Positions 1 through 11,374 of a stretch of DNA of 64,000 nucleotides are shown here, in pieces. The notes beneath the pieces were generated by a model. That model was not told the origin of the DNA and ran no database searches. It saw only the letters and a list, made by a program, of their open reading frames with translations. This stretch comes from Klebsormidium nitens (lineage: Eukaryota > Plantae > Klebsormidiophyceae). The stretch spans positions 3,789 through 67,788 of the forward strand of contig DF237006.1 of NCBI GenBank assembly GCA_000708835.1, in the 5' to 3' direction. The stretch's first letter is position 1. Every line of letters begins with the position of its first letter. Made by a program: the position numbers and the translations under genes.

Positions 1-3000
1 GACCCGCTGCTCCGGTCTGGTCACCTTCTACCGCCTGCGTCTCGGCAAACATGACTGACGCTTGAGTAGCCAGGAGTACTGACAATGAGAGCATGGATGA
101 GGAAGGGCGCTGTACAGGGGGGCCTCGTAAGGCTATCAACCATTTTCCTCCTGACTCTGGTCGTGACATGACGTCGGATGTGCGTGGCACATTGCACTCA
201 AAGCCAAAGAGACCTTTTCCAGAGAATATGTTTGGAGTACGGTCGAGCACTGTTGGGTCCGCGAGAAAGCCCGCAGCATGGACGGCGGCATCGTGCGGCT
301 CACCGTCTCCTGTGGCGGGGGCGGGTGCGGAGCGGGCGTGGGGTTGCCCAAGGGTGCCTTGTTGCTCAGGTCCCGGCTGCCGCGGTTGGGGCTTCGGAGC
401 AGCTCCATGCGCCTGCACAGCGGCGGTCAAGGGAGGCAACAAAGGGGGGGGGCGGAGCAGGGAACAGAGGAGCTTGCAAGCGGGGAACGCGGGGCAGCCG
501 TGGTGCGAGACAGACATGCGCAACAAGGCAGCGCAAAGTCGCGCCGCGCGGGCATGGCGCCGGGGCGGGATACTGCTTGGTCAGCTGCGCGGTGGCGCTC
601 ATCTGGTCCGCCAGCACCTTGAGAGCAGCGCGCACGCGCAGCGCCTCGGCAGCGTCGACCTGAGGGCGGTAGCCCGCCGTGGGTGGGAGGGTGGGGGTGG
701 GCGGCGAACGCGCGCGGACGAGGCCGGTGCAGAAGGGGTCGAGCGCGATGTCGAAGCCGAGCCAGGCCTGCACCGCGGGCTCGCTACACCAGCGCAAGGC
801 CCGCGCAGCCGGGTCAGGGTCCGGCCGCGAGTAAGACAGGGGAGAGAAATGACGCCCGCTCAACAAGGAGGACGGGACGCGCGCAAGGCGTCCGAGTCAG
901 GTCGGGGCGACAACACAGGTTGACCAGCAGAGAGGATGCGACTCAATCTCGATTCGCACGCAAAGCCGCTACTACACGCTAAGCGGGCCTCTCGTGCTCG
1001 CCACTTTATTTCCCGCTCATTCCACGCGTGCGGCGGCTCACTTGTGCAGCAGGTTGCCGAGGTCGGTGTTCATCTTGGCGAGGTAGTCCTGCCCCGCCCA
1101 CACGAACGCCCGCTGGTGGCCCTGCTCCGCGCGCCACGCCGCCACCGCCTCCACCGCGTCCAGCGACGCGCCGCGCACCGCGTCCAGGCACGCGCCCAGC
1201 GCGCCCCTGCACGCACGCACCACCGCCGCACCAGTCACCACCGGAGACACCACCGCCGCGTGCGGCACAAGTGAAGCCAGCACACGCAGTGACGTCCCCA
1301 GCGAGCTTGATCCGGAGTTTGGGCCAGGCCTGGCAAGTCTAGTGGGCAGTGCGGCGCGGGGGGGCTGACCTGTGGGGCAGGGCGTCCGGCGCGGCCTTGG
1401 CAAGCAGCAGCGTGCGCAGCCGGCCCAGCAGCTCCTCGCGCCGCCGCACCGCCTTGAGCACCTGCACCGCAAGGCCCAGCCAGCAGTCAGCCCGTACCAC
1501 GCGCAACAGAAGGCCAACACCGCGTCCGCTGAACGGCCGTCCTGCTTGCACGCCTCTCAGGCGGCCCCAGTGGCCGTAACAACGTTTCGAAGAGGAGGCT
1601 ATCCAATGTATGGCGACCGAAGAGGACAATGACAGCTATTTCTCAAACCGGATCCGACAATCGTTTGGATTCTGCAATATTAACCTGGTATCTGTCGATT
1701 TGAGATTTGTGCGCATGCTCGTAAGACTTGTTTCAGAATCAAAACTCCTTGACCATGGTTGTTGCATCCAGTGTCCCCTCCGATCGCCAGCTTTCACGGA
1801 CCTTCTTTTTCTTGAAACGACGGCGAACACTGTGACTGGATTCAGAGAGCAAACCGTGGTCACGTGAGAGGTTTCTTATCTGACAAAGATACGCCGAGGA
1901 ATTGGTTAACCGAAATGGAGCATGCTCGCAGTTTGCGGACAAGGATTCGAACTTGGACTCGACGGCGGGCGTCAGGACCCTTGTGGACGGCCACGCCCGG
2001 CAGGCGGGGGAGGGCCGTGCGCGCACCTGCATTTCGGCGTCCTGGTCCAGGAGGCGCGGCGGCGAACGAGGACGCAGCCGACGAGACGTGCCGGGGCTGG
2101 CAGACCTGCAGCCACGAGGAGCGGTCAGGAGAGCGACCGCTGCAGGCACACAGAGCGGCTCAGCTGCGGACAGAGCGCGGGCGTGGGGGCAAGGCGGGCG
2201 GATGCGAGGGAGAGCAACGGGGCTAAAGTTTCGGCCCGCTGTTTTCATGTCGAGAGTCTGAAGCTACGAGGGAACGCTCACGTGGGGCTGCCCTTGACGT
2301 CCTTGGCGGGATGCGAGGGGGAGTGCGGGGCGTCGTCCGGCAGTGGGGACACCCGGGCAGTGCGCGCGTGGGGGCTGCCTGCGGGGGAGGTGCCCGGGGA
2401 GAGGTTCACCTTGGGGCTGGCGTTCCAGGGGGGGCGGCCGGGGGAGTCAGGAGAGGCGGCGCTGAGGGGGGCCGGGCCGGAGGGGGACCCCGAGGTGGGG
2501 GAGGCCGGCGGTGGGGGTGGAGGTCAGAATGGGGGCCAGCGAGGGCAGGCCCTTGCGCAGCGACTGCTTCTTGTCGTCCACATTAGCCGCGGTCGTCATG
2601 AGGGGGCTCCTGGCACAGGTCGCGCAGAGCGCAGGCGTGAGTGCCAGGTCGGAGACATGCAAAGGGCAGAGGGAAGCAACACCAGGTGCCGCAAGGGTAG
2701 GACTGCAGCAGGAGCCATACAGGCTGACAAGGCGTGAGGTCGCCGTGCCATTTCGAACGTGGAGGATACAAAGTCCGCCATGCCGTGCGGCAGGAGGGCC
2801 TACCGGGGGAGGGGCAGCAGCTGCGGCGCGACCTCGGCGTCCAGGCGGTGCGCAGGCAGGCGGCCGTACCTGCCACCCGAGACAGAGCAGGCACGCAGTG
2901 AGAGGAGCCGGCAAGGGGGCAACACGCGGGGAGGCTGCAGGGGAGCTGGAAAAGACACGGGGAAGATGAATCGTTGCTCAACAGTGAAGTACACGGCCCG

Positions 3001-4859
3001 GACCGGAGAAGCTCACTTCTTCAGGAAACTCCGTTCCCGCTGGGCCCGCTTCTTCTCCAAGTATGCCGACAGCTGGCGGCTGGCAGCCTGGGGCAGCGAC
3101 GGAAACAGAACGCTGAGGGAGGGGTGGGGGCCAGGCAGCAGGAGGAGGGGCAAGGAGGACAGGGAGGCAGGCGCAATGGTGATGCAGGGCAGGCGGGGCA
3201 AAGGGGATGGAAGCATGCCGGCTTTGCAGACTACTCTTGGCACAAGTCTGTATCAGTCACTGGCAATGCGAAGGAAGTGATCTGTTGGCAACAAGAGAAC
3301 ATCAACCCGGAACGCATTGCTCACGTCATTCTTGAGGGTCTCCTTAATGGACTCCAGGAAAGCCGTCTTGACCGCTATGCGCTGCTCCAGCTTGTGCTGC
3401 AGGCGCAGCGGAGGGAAGGAAAGGTCGGTCGGAAGAAGACGGAGCATGTGCAAGCAAACGACCAACCAACACCGTAAAGGAAAGAGGCATAAGCACCCGT
3501 AGCCCAAGTTTGAAGGAGCTGGGGCTCAGTTCGGCCTAGCTGCCGCGGCGCAGGGGTGTGCGCGGGTGCCTGTGCAATGATACTGGGGGCGGGGCATGCG
3601 GGCGATGCCTCACCTTGTCCTCTTTCTGCCGCTCGGCCAGCCGCTGCCGGAGGAGCTGCAGCAGACAGAGGCAGGGGGTGGATGTGAAACTGTCCATCTA
3701 GAGGGAATGCGTAGCACACGCCGGACCCAGCACGGCAGATGCTCAAAGGAAAGCAGCACAAACCCGATCCCGAACCCATTGTGAGCAGCCCGTAGCTGCC
3801 TCATTCCCAGCCCTGCTAGAAGCAGAGACCCCTGGTCAAGGCTTACCCCTGGCGCATGCCGCAGTGGCCCTGACCACTGCAACAGAGCACTCAACAATGG
3901 CCACAAATGGCAGCCACAATTCAGCCTCAGTATCTCAGTTGCATGTTCACCTCTTTCTGATCGCCCCGCGTGATGACTGGCGCCACCTCCTTCCTGCCGC
4001 CCTGCCCCTTGCTGCCCTTCCCCGCCGCGCTCCTCCTTTTACCGCTGCCCGCTGGCTGCTGCCCCAGCTGCTGTTCCTCTTGGCGGAAGCTCCTGCGCGC
4101 CATCCTCTCCTCCAGGCTGCGCTTGCTGCCAATGCCCCACCGCGCCTTCTGCCCCGCCTTCGCAGCGTCCGCCCCTCTCTGCTGCTGCCGCCCAGCTCTC
4201 CCCTTGCCGGGGCTGCCCGTCCCTGCTGGCATGCCCACCCCCTCCCTGGACGGGGACTCTGGCCCTGCTGCTTCTGCCCCGGCAGGCAGGGCGGGGCCCC
4301 CAGGTTGCGCAGGCCAGGCGGCCACGTCGTCTGCCCCATTGAGGGTCTCCTGTGCACTTGCCGTGTGGCCATGAGCAGACTCCTCCTGCTCCTGCAGTGC
4401 TACCAGCCTCTCACGTGGATCCTGACATCAGGGAAAACGACGACGCTCAGAACCCACACCAGTGACCACCATCAATGTTACCAGCCCCAAAGTACGGCAG
4501 CTCATTTGAAGAGTCTTCGTCCCAGCTCCTGAGAGTCGAAGCTGAGCGCCTACTTTGGGCTGCGTTGCTGCAAAGCGTTGGCAAAGAATGGAGCTCAAGA
4601 GAGGCACTTCTGTGCTTGATGACTTGTGGTCCGTCTTATTGCACTCGCTGCTCCCCCTCACCTGGGCTTCGTTCTGGTCTCTGCCCCCTCCCTCGAGCTC
4701 CCCCTGTGCTCCCTCCGCTGTCTGCGGTGGGCCTGCAGCACCTTCTTGGCCGGCATCGCTCCCCCCAGCGGCCTCCTCTGCCAAAGGGGCAGTCTGTGGG
4801 TCAGAGTCAGAAGCAGGCGGCCCAACGCCTGGCCCGTCCTCAAGTGATGCTGCATCCAT
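1..4859 (-). CDS. Multi-exon uncharacterised protein, possibly flagellum/basal-body associated; 3' end outside the window; apparent 1-nt frameshift near 2500
   Basis: ATG at 4859 (MDAASLEDG..., exon 4859-4662). A chain of GT-AG phase-compatible exons follows: ETLNGADD..., LLRQRLAERQKEDK, HKLEQRIAVKTAFLESIKETLKND, LSAYLEKKRAQRERSFLKK, ...DQDAEMQ|VLKAVRRREELLGRL, LDAVRGASLDAVEAVAAWR...FVWAGQDYLAKMNTDLGNLL, WLGFDIALDPF. Function is inferred only. Confidence 0.7.
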
Positions 4860-5431
4860 GTACTCGAGCCTGAGAGTACACTCTTAGCTTGCTCCCTGCA
4901 ACTGTCTCTTACGTAAGCACACCAGCATGGAAGCAATCCATTGCATTGCTTCAATTGCGGGGCAACATCCGCTCGGTCCTGGGCGCAAGCGGCCTGGTTC
5001 TAGAACAAAATCCTTGGTGATGGTGTCACCAGATCAAGAGAATGTGCAGTAGATCTGTGACTGTAGATGATCGAACAGGCCACGGGATGATGCCGCATTC
5101 AAAACTCTCTTTGCAACATTCCGAGAAATCAAGCATCCGACCCTGTGTTGCAATGACAGTACCTAGAACCCTAAATTCTAATTGTCGAGCCTTGCAATGC
5201 ACAATCAAGAAACGGGCACGCGGGTACGGTGAAATCGACGAGAAATTCATCAACACACGCGCTGGTGGGTATCGTACCAACGTCGTCGAAAGCCCAACCC
5301 TAATCTGAACCGTGTGTACTCGGGGTACTCATCAACGCTACATTTCTAGCACAGGCACTGCAGCCCAGTTGGCTGCGCAAATCATCACTCTTGCGCGTCC
5401 AATCAAAATCAGGTTAGGTACTGTGATCCGA

Positions 5432-5456
5432 TCAAATGCTCAAATGCTCAAATGCT
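5432..5456. repeat. Short tandem repeat (TCAAATGC)x3
   Basis: tcaaatgc-tcaaatgc-tcaaatgc-t read directly from the sequence. Confidence 0.8.
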
Positions 5457-5996
5457 GTTATTATGAGTACACCCTGCGCATATAGCATGCCCGGGTAGGA
5501 ACGTATGACATTGGAGATCGCGCCTCCTGCATCAAAGCGGTGTCAAAGGGCAATCAATCCGACAGCGCCCATGTGTGCCATGATGCAATCATCAACAATT
5601 GTAACATGCTGATGATCAGACTGTACCGTGCTATGCATCACATTCGCCATACAGCGGCCCAAGCCCCTTTCCATGCATCATTGCAGTTGGTCCCACGTTG
5701 GCCCGCAGTTGCAAGCACAAAGTCGTCTAGCTGCCTGACAACAGGTTTTGAGCTATTTCGTAAGAATGCAATAGAGCCGTTTTATTGCAAGAGTGCAGCT
5801 CAACATCGAAAGTTTTTTGGTTACGACAACTAAGGGATGTGAATGTTTTGTCACAGAGGTGTTTTTGCATTACACTCAGAGTCACTAACTGTCGGTCAAA
5901 GTACTGCAAGTCCGAGCATTGATCCAACTCGCCAACACGTTATGCTTGACAGCGGCCCAACTTGACAATACATACCGGAATAAATAAAGACATGAT

Positions 5997-8900
5997 TCAG
6001 ATGGAAGAAAAGAGGTCGAACATGCTCCTCTCCGATGCGTTCTCCTCCGCAACAATCTGCGACGAAATCAAGTCAGCATTTCAGTACAGCGGCATTCGAC
6101 AGCCGTCATGCTAGTTTCATCGAAGGCCCACTCCGTTGAGGCCCCGTTGAGGCATGCAACAAAATGGACTTGACGGTGAAGCGACGACACCCGTTCCTTC
6201 ATTTTGTGTCCCCTCATCCCAATGGCTGACCCACCTCGACAATCTTGTTGTCTGCCTGGGGCAGCACCAGCGCCGCCACGCACGCCTCTGCCACCTGGGC
6301 CCGGCTGACGGCCCCCCCGAACGTGGTGTCGGCCTGCCGGAAAACCACGTTGCCGCGCTGCACCACACCAACACCGCCCCAGTCAGCCAGCCTGCAACGT
6401 CCGCCGGGGCGTTTGTCGTCTCGACTGGAGCGTCAGGTCCGCCAATCAACAAGACTTCTCTTAAAGAACAGGGACTATTGCCGACATATTCCAAAACATG
6501 TGGGGGGTCTGACCTTGGCGGTGGCGGTGAGGCCGCCAGGGCGCACGATGGTGTAGGGCAGCCCGGAGCGCTGCAGCACCAGCTCCGCCTGCTTCTTCCA
6601 CCAGAGCAGGCCGTAAAACAGGTTGAACGGGGACACCAGCTGCGACGTGCCGATCGACGTCACCTGCACACGCAAACGGCCCCCCGGTCACACGCTCAGC
6701 AGGCGGCCAATGCACAAGCACAGAGGAGCGGCCGTCGCAGAGAGGGAGGAGGGTACTAACGCGCAGACGCACGTGGTGACGAGCCTTGGGCGTTCTGCGT
6801 GGCGGGCTCACCAGCACAAACTTGTTGACGTCCTTGTTCTTGGCGAGCGCCACCAGGTTGACCACGCCCTCGTACTCGTACTGCACACAGACGTGCGAGC
6901 CAGGCGTGAGCAGCGAGCCGCAGAGCGCCGCACACACGCAGGCAGGCAGCATCAGCACGTCGAAATGGCCGCAAGTGCGTGTTCTCTTACTGTATCGTGC
7001 GGGCGGGGCGGGTAGAGGCCGCGGCATGATAGCCGATGGCCCAGACGCAGGCAACATCGGAGCCACTCCAACCCCGAGTAACGAAAGGGATGTCGACTGA
7101 CCTTGAAGGGGCCCAGCGGGTCGAAGATGTCAGGCCGCACCCCCGTCGCGCACAGCACCACGTTACTGCAGCACAACCGGCACGAGATGATCAGGATGAA
7201 GTGGGGGTGGACTCAAGGATGGTAGAGACTGAGAAAAGGCGAATGCAGGCAGACAGCGATCGCCGAGAGTAGTTCGCCGGCCTCGCCAGCCACTCTCCCG
7301 CCTGCCTACCTGTCCCCGATGGCGCTCTGCAAGGTCTCATATCGGTATGTGTCGCCCTGCACCACGGTGACTCCTCGCATCGCCCGCAAGCTGCGCGCCT
7401 TGCTGGCGTCGCGCACCAGTGCACGCACAGGCACGCCCTTGCTGACCTGTACACCGCGCACATGCAGGGATCAGTGATGATGCCCGAAACAGGTTCTACG
7501 TGCATACCCGGCAAGGCCACAAGCTTTTTTGCGGCAAGAGGGTCAAGCGCCAGGGACGCTTTGCAGATTGTCTCGGCTCAGCGTCAGGCCAACACAGCTC
7601 CTTCCGAGCAACCTGGCAATCCTAGACAGATGGGGGAGCCCAGAAGTTATCCGAAGTTAGTCTCGCTGTTTGTGTTGCAGACTTGATCAACTTACTGTGA
7701 TCATCTAACTTCTGGACTTCTAGCGTCTTCTCAACCGGCAGCTTGCTAAGAAAAGCGATAGTTCAATACCGCGCAACCTCACCAGGCTCTCGACCAGCAG
7801 TCGCCCCGTGCGGCCATTGGCTCCTGCCACGAGCGCCCTGACTCCGGTGTAGGGCCCACTCTTGGCCGGCTGGAAGGCAGGCTGCGGTGGGGGCGGGCTG
7901 TCCATGGTGGTGTCGGCTGGCACGGGGGCTCCCTCAATGGCCTCGCTCACAGCGCTGGTCACGCCCCGGCGCAGCTCGTCCGCTGCCTCGAAGCCCTCCC
8001 CCACCGCCGTCGTGATCGCCCCCACCACATCGCCGCTCTGCGCGCGTGTGCCCACGATGTCCATCACCCCACGCACGCGGCTCACGTAGCGCTCGTTCTC
8101 CTGCACACAAAAACACAGGGCAATCAGCGGCCATCAAGCTCCACACAACAACCACAATGGCTTGGGGGGCTATACCTCTTGCCACAATTTAAGGGTGTCT
8201 GGTGACGAGGACAAAGGGCTCGTTAGGCTATACTGAAGAGCCAGTAGAAGGTTTCAGCTGCAAAAGACAGTGCGCCCACATGGTGTGGCGCAACAAGTGA
8301 GCCTTGTTCGTACCAGGCAAGGGCCCATTGCAAACAATCGCTTATGCCCTGGCAGGGGGTCTATTGTAGTGGGGGGCAGCCACCACAGGGTGAGCCCATT
8401 ATGGGGCACAGAATAACTGCAGACCGGCCTGCCCAGAGTGGACAAAGCGGCAAGGAGAACAGGTGATTGTCAAAAGTTGCGGGGAGAACTTCTAGACAAC
8501 GCTGATGTGATATTTGGCCTCCTTTTGCGTGCAGGTGCTGCTGAATGCTTGCAATATTCTTGAGCTCTCCAAGTACTCTCCTCAGAGCTGGTCAACCAGC
8601 ACTCCCTCTCGGCTGCTAGGCCTCTTCTGAGTGCGGCCAGCTCAGATTGGCACCTCTTTGCAGTTCTGGCCCATCTCCGTATCCACTGGCCTCAGATACT
8701 GTGATCAAACAGCCACAGATTGCCAGCGGCCCCACCCCACGCCCTCTCAGACACTTGGGATTGACAATGCGTGATCGCGCCACCCCCTGCATACCTCTGA
8801 GATTTTGCGGCCTGCTCTCTCTGCCCTGGCCGCCACGCTGCGCCCCTCCACCTCCAGGGTGCGCTGCACACTGTCTGCACCGTCCTGCGCCGCCTCCAGG

Positions 8901-10447
8901 GTGTCCTCCGCAAACTCCTGCGGCAAGGCGGGAGAGGGTCAACAGACTACCAATGAGAGCAACACCTGGCATCTTGGCTGGCAAAACACCCAGCTGCTTC
9001 ATGCAGACGAGCAGGGCGCCTTTCTTGGAGGACAATGCAGCGCTCGCCCACGGATCATAAAATTGGAACTTTTAACTGGGAATTGAAAGACGCCCTTGAT
9101 CATAAGCACCGTGGATCGAACAAGCAAGCCCTAAGGTGGAGCTACTTGTGAGAGACTTGCTTCAAGCTGTAGCTAGACCACCAGATCTACCCCTGCTGTT
9201 GGCCAGCGTAAATCCCAGAAGCTTTCTTGCTAGGATTGTATGCAGGCAGGCTAGCCTGGCTTGCTCCCCCTGCCCATACCTGTGCGTCCTCCAGCGTGCT
9301 CTGCGCCTGCTCCCCCACCTCCCCTGCCGCATCCCCCAGTGCCTCCGCTGCGTCCCCCGCTGCGTCTGCCACGCTGTCCCCCACCTTCTCCGCCTGCTCC
9401 NNNNNNNNNNNNNNNNNNNNNNNNNNNNNNNNNNNNNNNNNNNNNNNNNNNNNNNNNNNNNNNNNNNNNNNNNNNNNNNNNNNNNNNNNNNNNNNNNNNN
9501 NNNNNNNNNNNNNNNNNNNNNNNNNNNNNNNNNNNNNNNNNNNNNNNNNNNNNNNNNNNNNNNNNNNNNNNNNNNNNNNNNNNNNNNNNNNNNNNNNNNN
9601 NNNNNNNNNNNNNNNNNNNNNNNNNNNNNNNNNNNNNNNNNNNNNNNNNNNNNNNNNNNNNNNNNNNNNNNNNNNNNNNNNNNNNNNNNNNNNNNNNNNN
9701 NNNNNNNNNNNNNNNNNNNNNNNNNNNNNNNNNNNNNNNNNNNNNNNNNNNNNNNNNNNNNNNNNNNNNNNNNNNNNNNNNNNNNNNNNNNNNNNNNNNN
9801 NNNNNNNNNNNNNNNNNNNNNNNNNNNNNNNNNNNNNNNNNNNNNNNNNNNNNNNNNNNNNNNNNNNNNNNNNNNNNNNNNNNNNNNNNNNNNNNNNNNN
9901 NNNNNNNNNNNNNNNNNNNNNNNNNNNNNNNNNNNNNNNNNNNNNNNNNNNNNNNNNNNNNNNNNNNNNNNNNNNNNNNNNNNNNNNNNNNNNNNNNNNN
10001 NNNNNNNNNNNNNNNNNNNNNNNNNNNNNNNNNNNNNNNNNNNNNNNNNNNNNNNNNNNNNNNNNNNNNNNNNNNNNNNNNNNNNNNNNNNNNNNNNNNN
10101 NNNNNNNCCCCCTTCTCCGCCTGCTCCGCCACCGTGTCCCCCACCTGCTGCGCTGCCCCCACCACCGCCTCTCCTGCGTCCTCCGCCGCCGCTTGGCTCT
10201 CCTGCGCTGCCCCCCCCACGCTGTCCCGCACCTCCTCCGCAGCGCTGCCCACACTGTCCGCCACCTCGCTGGCCGCCTCCCCCACACTCTCCGCCGCGTC
10301 TCCCGCTGCATCCCCTGCCCGCTCCGCTGCCGCTGCGGGCTGCTGCCGGTCGGTGGCAATGAGGACCTCCTTGATGTTGTTCCCCTCCACCACAACCTCC
10401 TTCTCCCACTCCGTACCCCCCGCTCCGCTGCGGCCCCCGCTCATGCT
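5997..10447 (-). CDS. NAD(P)H-binding Rossmann-fold protein (atypical SDR, At2g34460/TIC62-like domain) with a long N-terminal Ala/Asp/Glu/Gly-rich 11-mer repeat region; true start probably upstream (~10.5-11.1 kb)
   Basis: Spliced exons: ...TLEDAQ|EFAEDTLE...KISE|ENERY...RALVAGANGRTGRLLVESL|VSKGVPVRALVRD...|SNVVLCATG...|YEYEGVVNL...|VTSIG...KKQAELVLQRSGLPYTIVRPGGL...|RGNVVF...VSRAQVAEACV...KIVE|IVAEENASERSMFDLFSSI* (stop 5997-5999). The GAxGxTG and IVRPGGL motifs are present. Confidence 0.85.
9401..10107. other. Assembly gap inside the repeat-coding exon
   Basis: N run. Both flanks carry the same CCTTCTCCGCCTGCTCC (EQAEK) unit, which points to an unresolved tandem repeat. Confidence 0.95.
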
Positions 10448-11374
10448 GCATGTAACCTGGGCTGGGCCACGACCACCAACGTATCTCCCATTGGTTGGCA
10501 GTTGCCGCGGGGCAGCCACAGAGGGGGATCGGCCATAGGCATGCCCTGCAGCTAATGCAACTGATGGTACAGCACAGAAGGAGGAATGGACATCAAACGT
10601 GCGGGTTGTAGAGCCAGCATTGGGCCTCTGAGCCAGGCTGCTGCAAGACAGGCTCACAGCTCCTGGGCACCGGCTGACAGCGCAGGTGATGCCACACTGC
10701 GCCATTGGAGGGGTCTGAAGAAATTGCCTGGTGCTGCCTTGATTGCCCTGACTGCCCTAAGCCCCCCTCAAGAATGATGAGATCTTTGCAACCTGCCAAG
10801 CTGTCTCTAGATTAAGCAGAGAGAGACAGCTTTTGCTTCACCACAATGAGTAGGATTACCTAGGTATGCTCCTGAGCGCCCGCCTCTTGAGTTCTTATAG
10901 AAGCTGGCCTCCTAGCTGATGATCGTCTCATGCTCATGAACAATACAACTTTGGCGGTGACTTGGCAGAGGATCCCGACTTGTCGACGTGGCGCCGTTCA
11001 AGCCCCTGGAAGTGTGGCCGAATCCTTTCAACGAATAGTAGAGCAGCAAGTGGCGAGTTCTTGACTTTTGCGGAAGCGCCATTTTGGCGGTGCCCCTTGA
11101 AACTTCATTGACATTGACATTGAAACTTAAAGCATTTGCTGGGCATTGGCAATGGCCGCATCAATGGCATTGGCAAGGCCGCAGATGCACGATTGGCGAG
11201 CTAGTTGCCATGTGTAGCTGAACATTGCTATTGGTACTCATTTGAGGGCTTGATGGTGTTTGGAGAGCCTTCGAGTATCCAAATGCAGCGAGTGCTTGGC
11301 CGTACCTGGCGCACATCTTGGTGACGGGACCAGGATTGGCAGCATTGTTGGCTGGGCCCCCGCGGTGCTGCACG

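Noticed and set aside
93-2969. Long plus-strand ORFs (93-923, 1922-2737, 2511-2969)
   Set aside because: They are Gly/Arg/Ala-rich antisense shadows of GC-rich minus-strand exons, with no recognisable motifs.
5026-5308. Overlapping 84-88 aa ORFs upstream of gene 1
   Set aside because: No motifs or splice support; probably promoter/UTR sequence.
9136-10705. Six 400-480 aa ORFs in all frames
   Set aside because: Artefacts of translating through the N gap; only the minus-strand repeat frame is credible.
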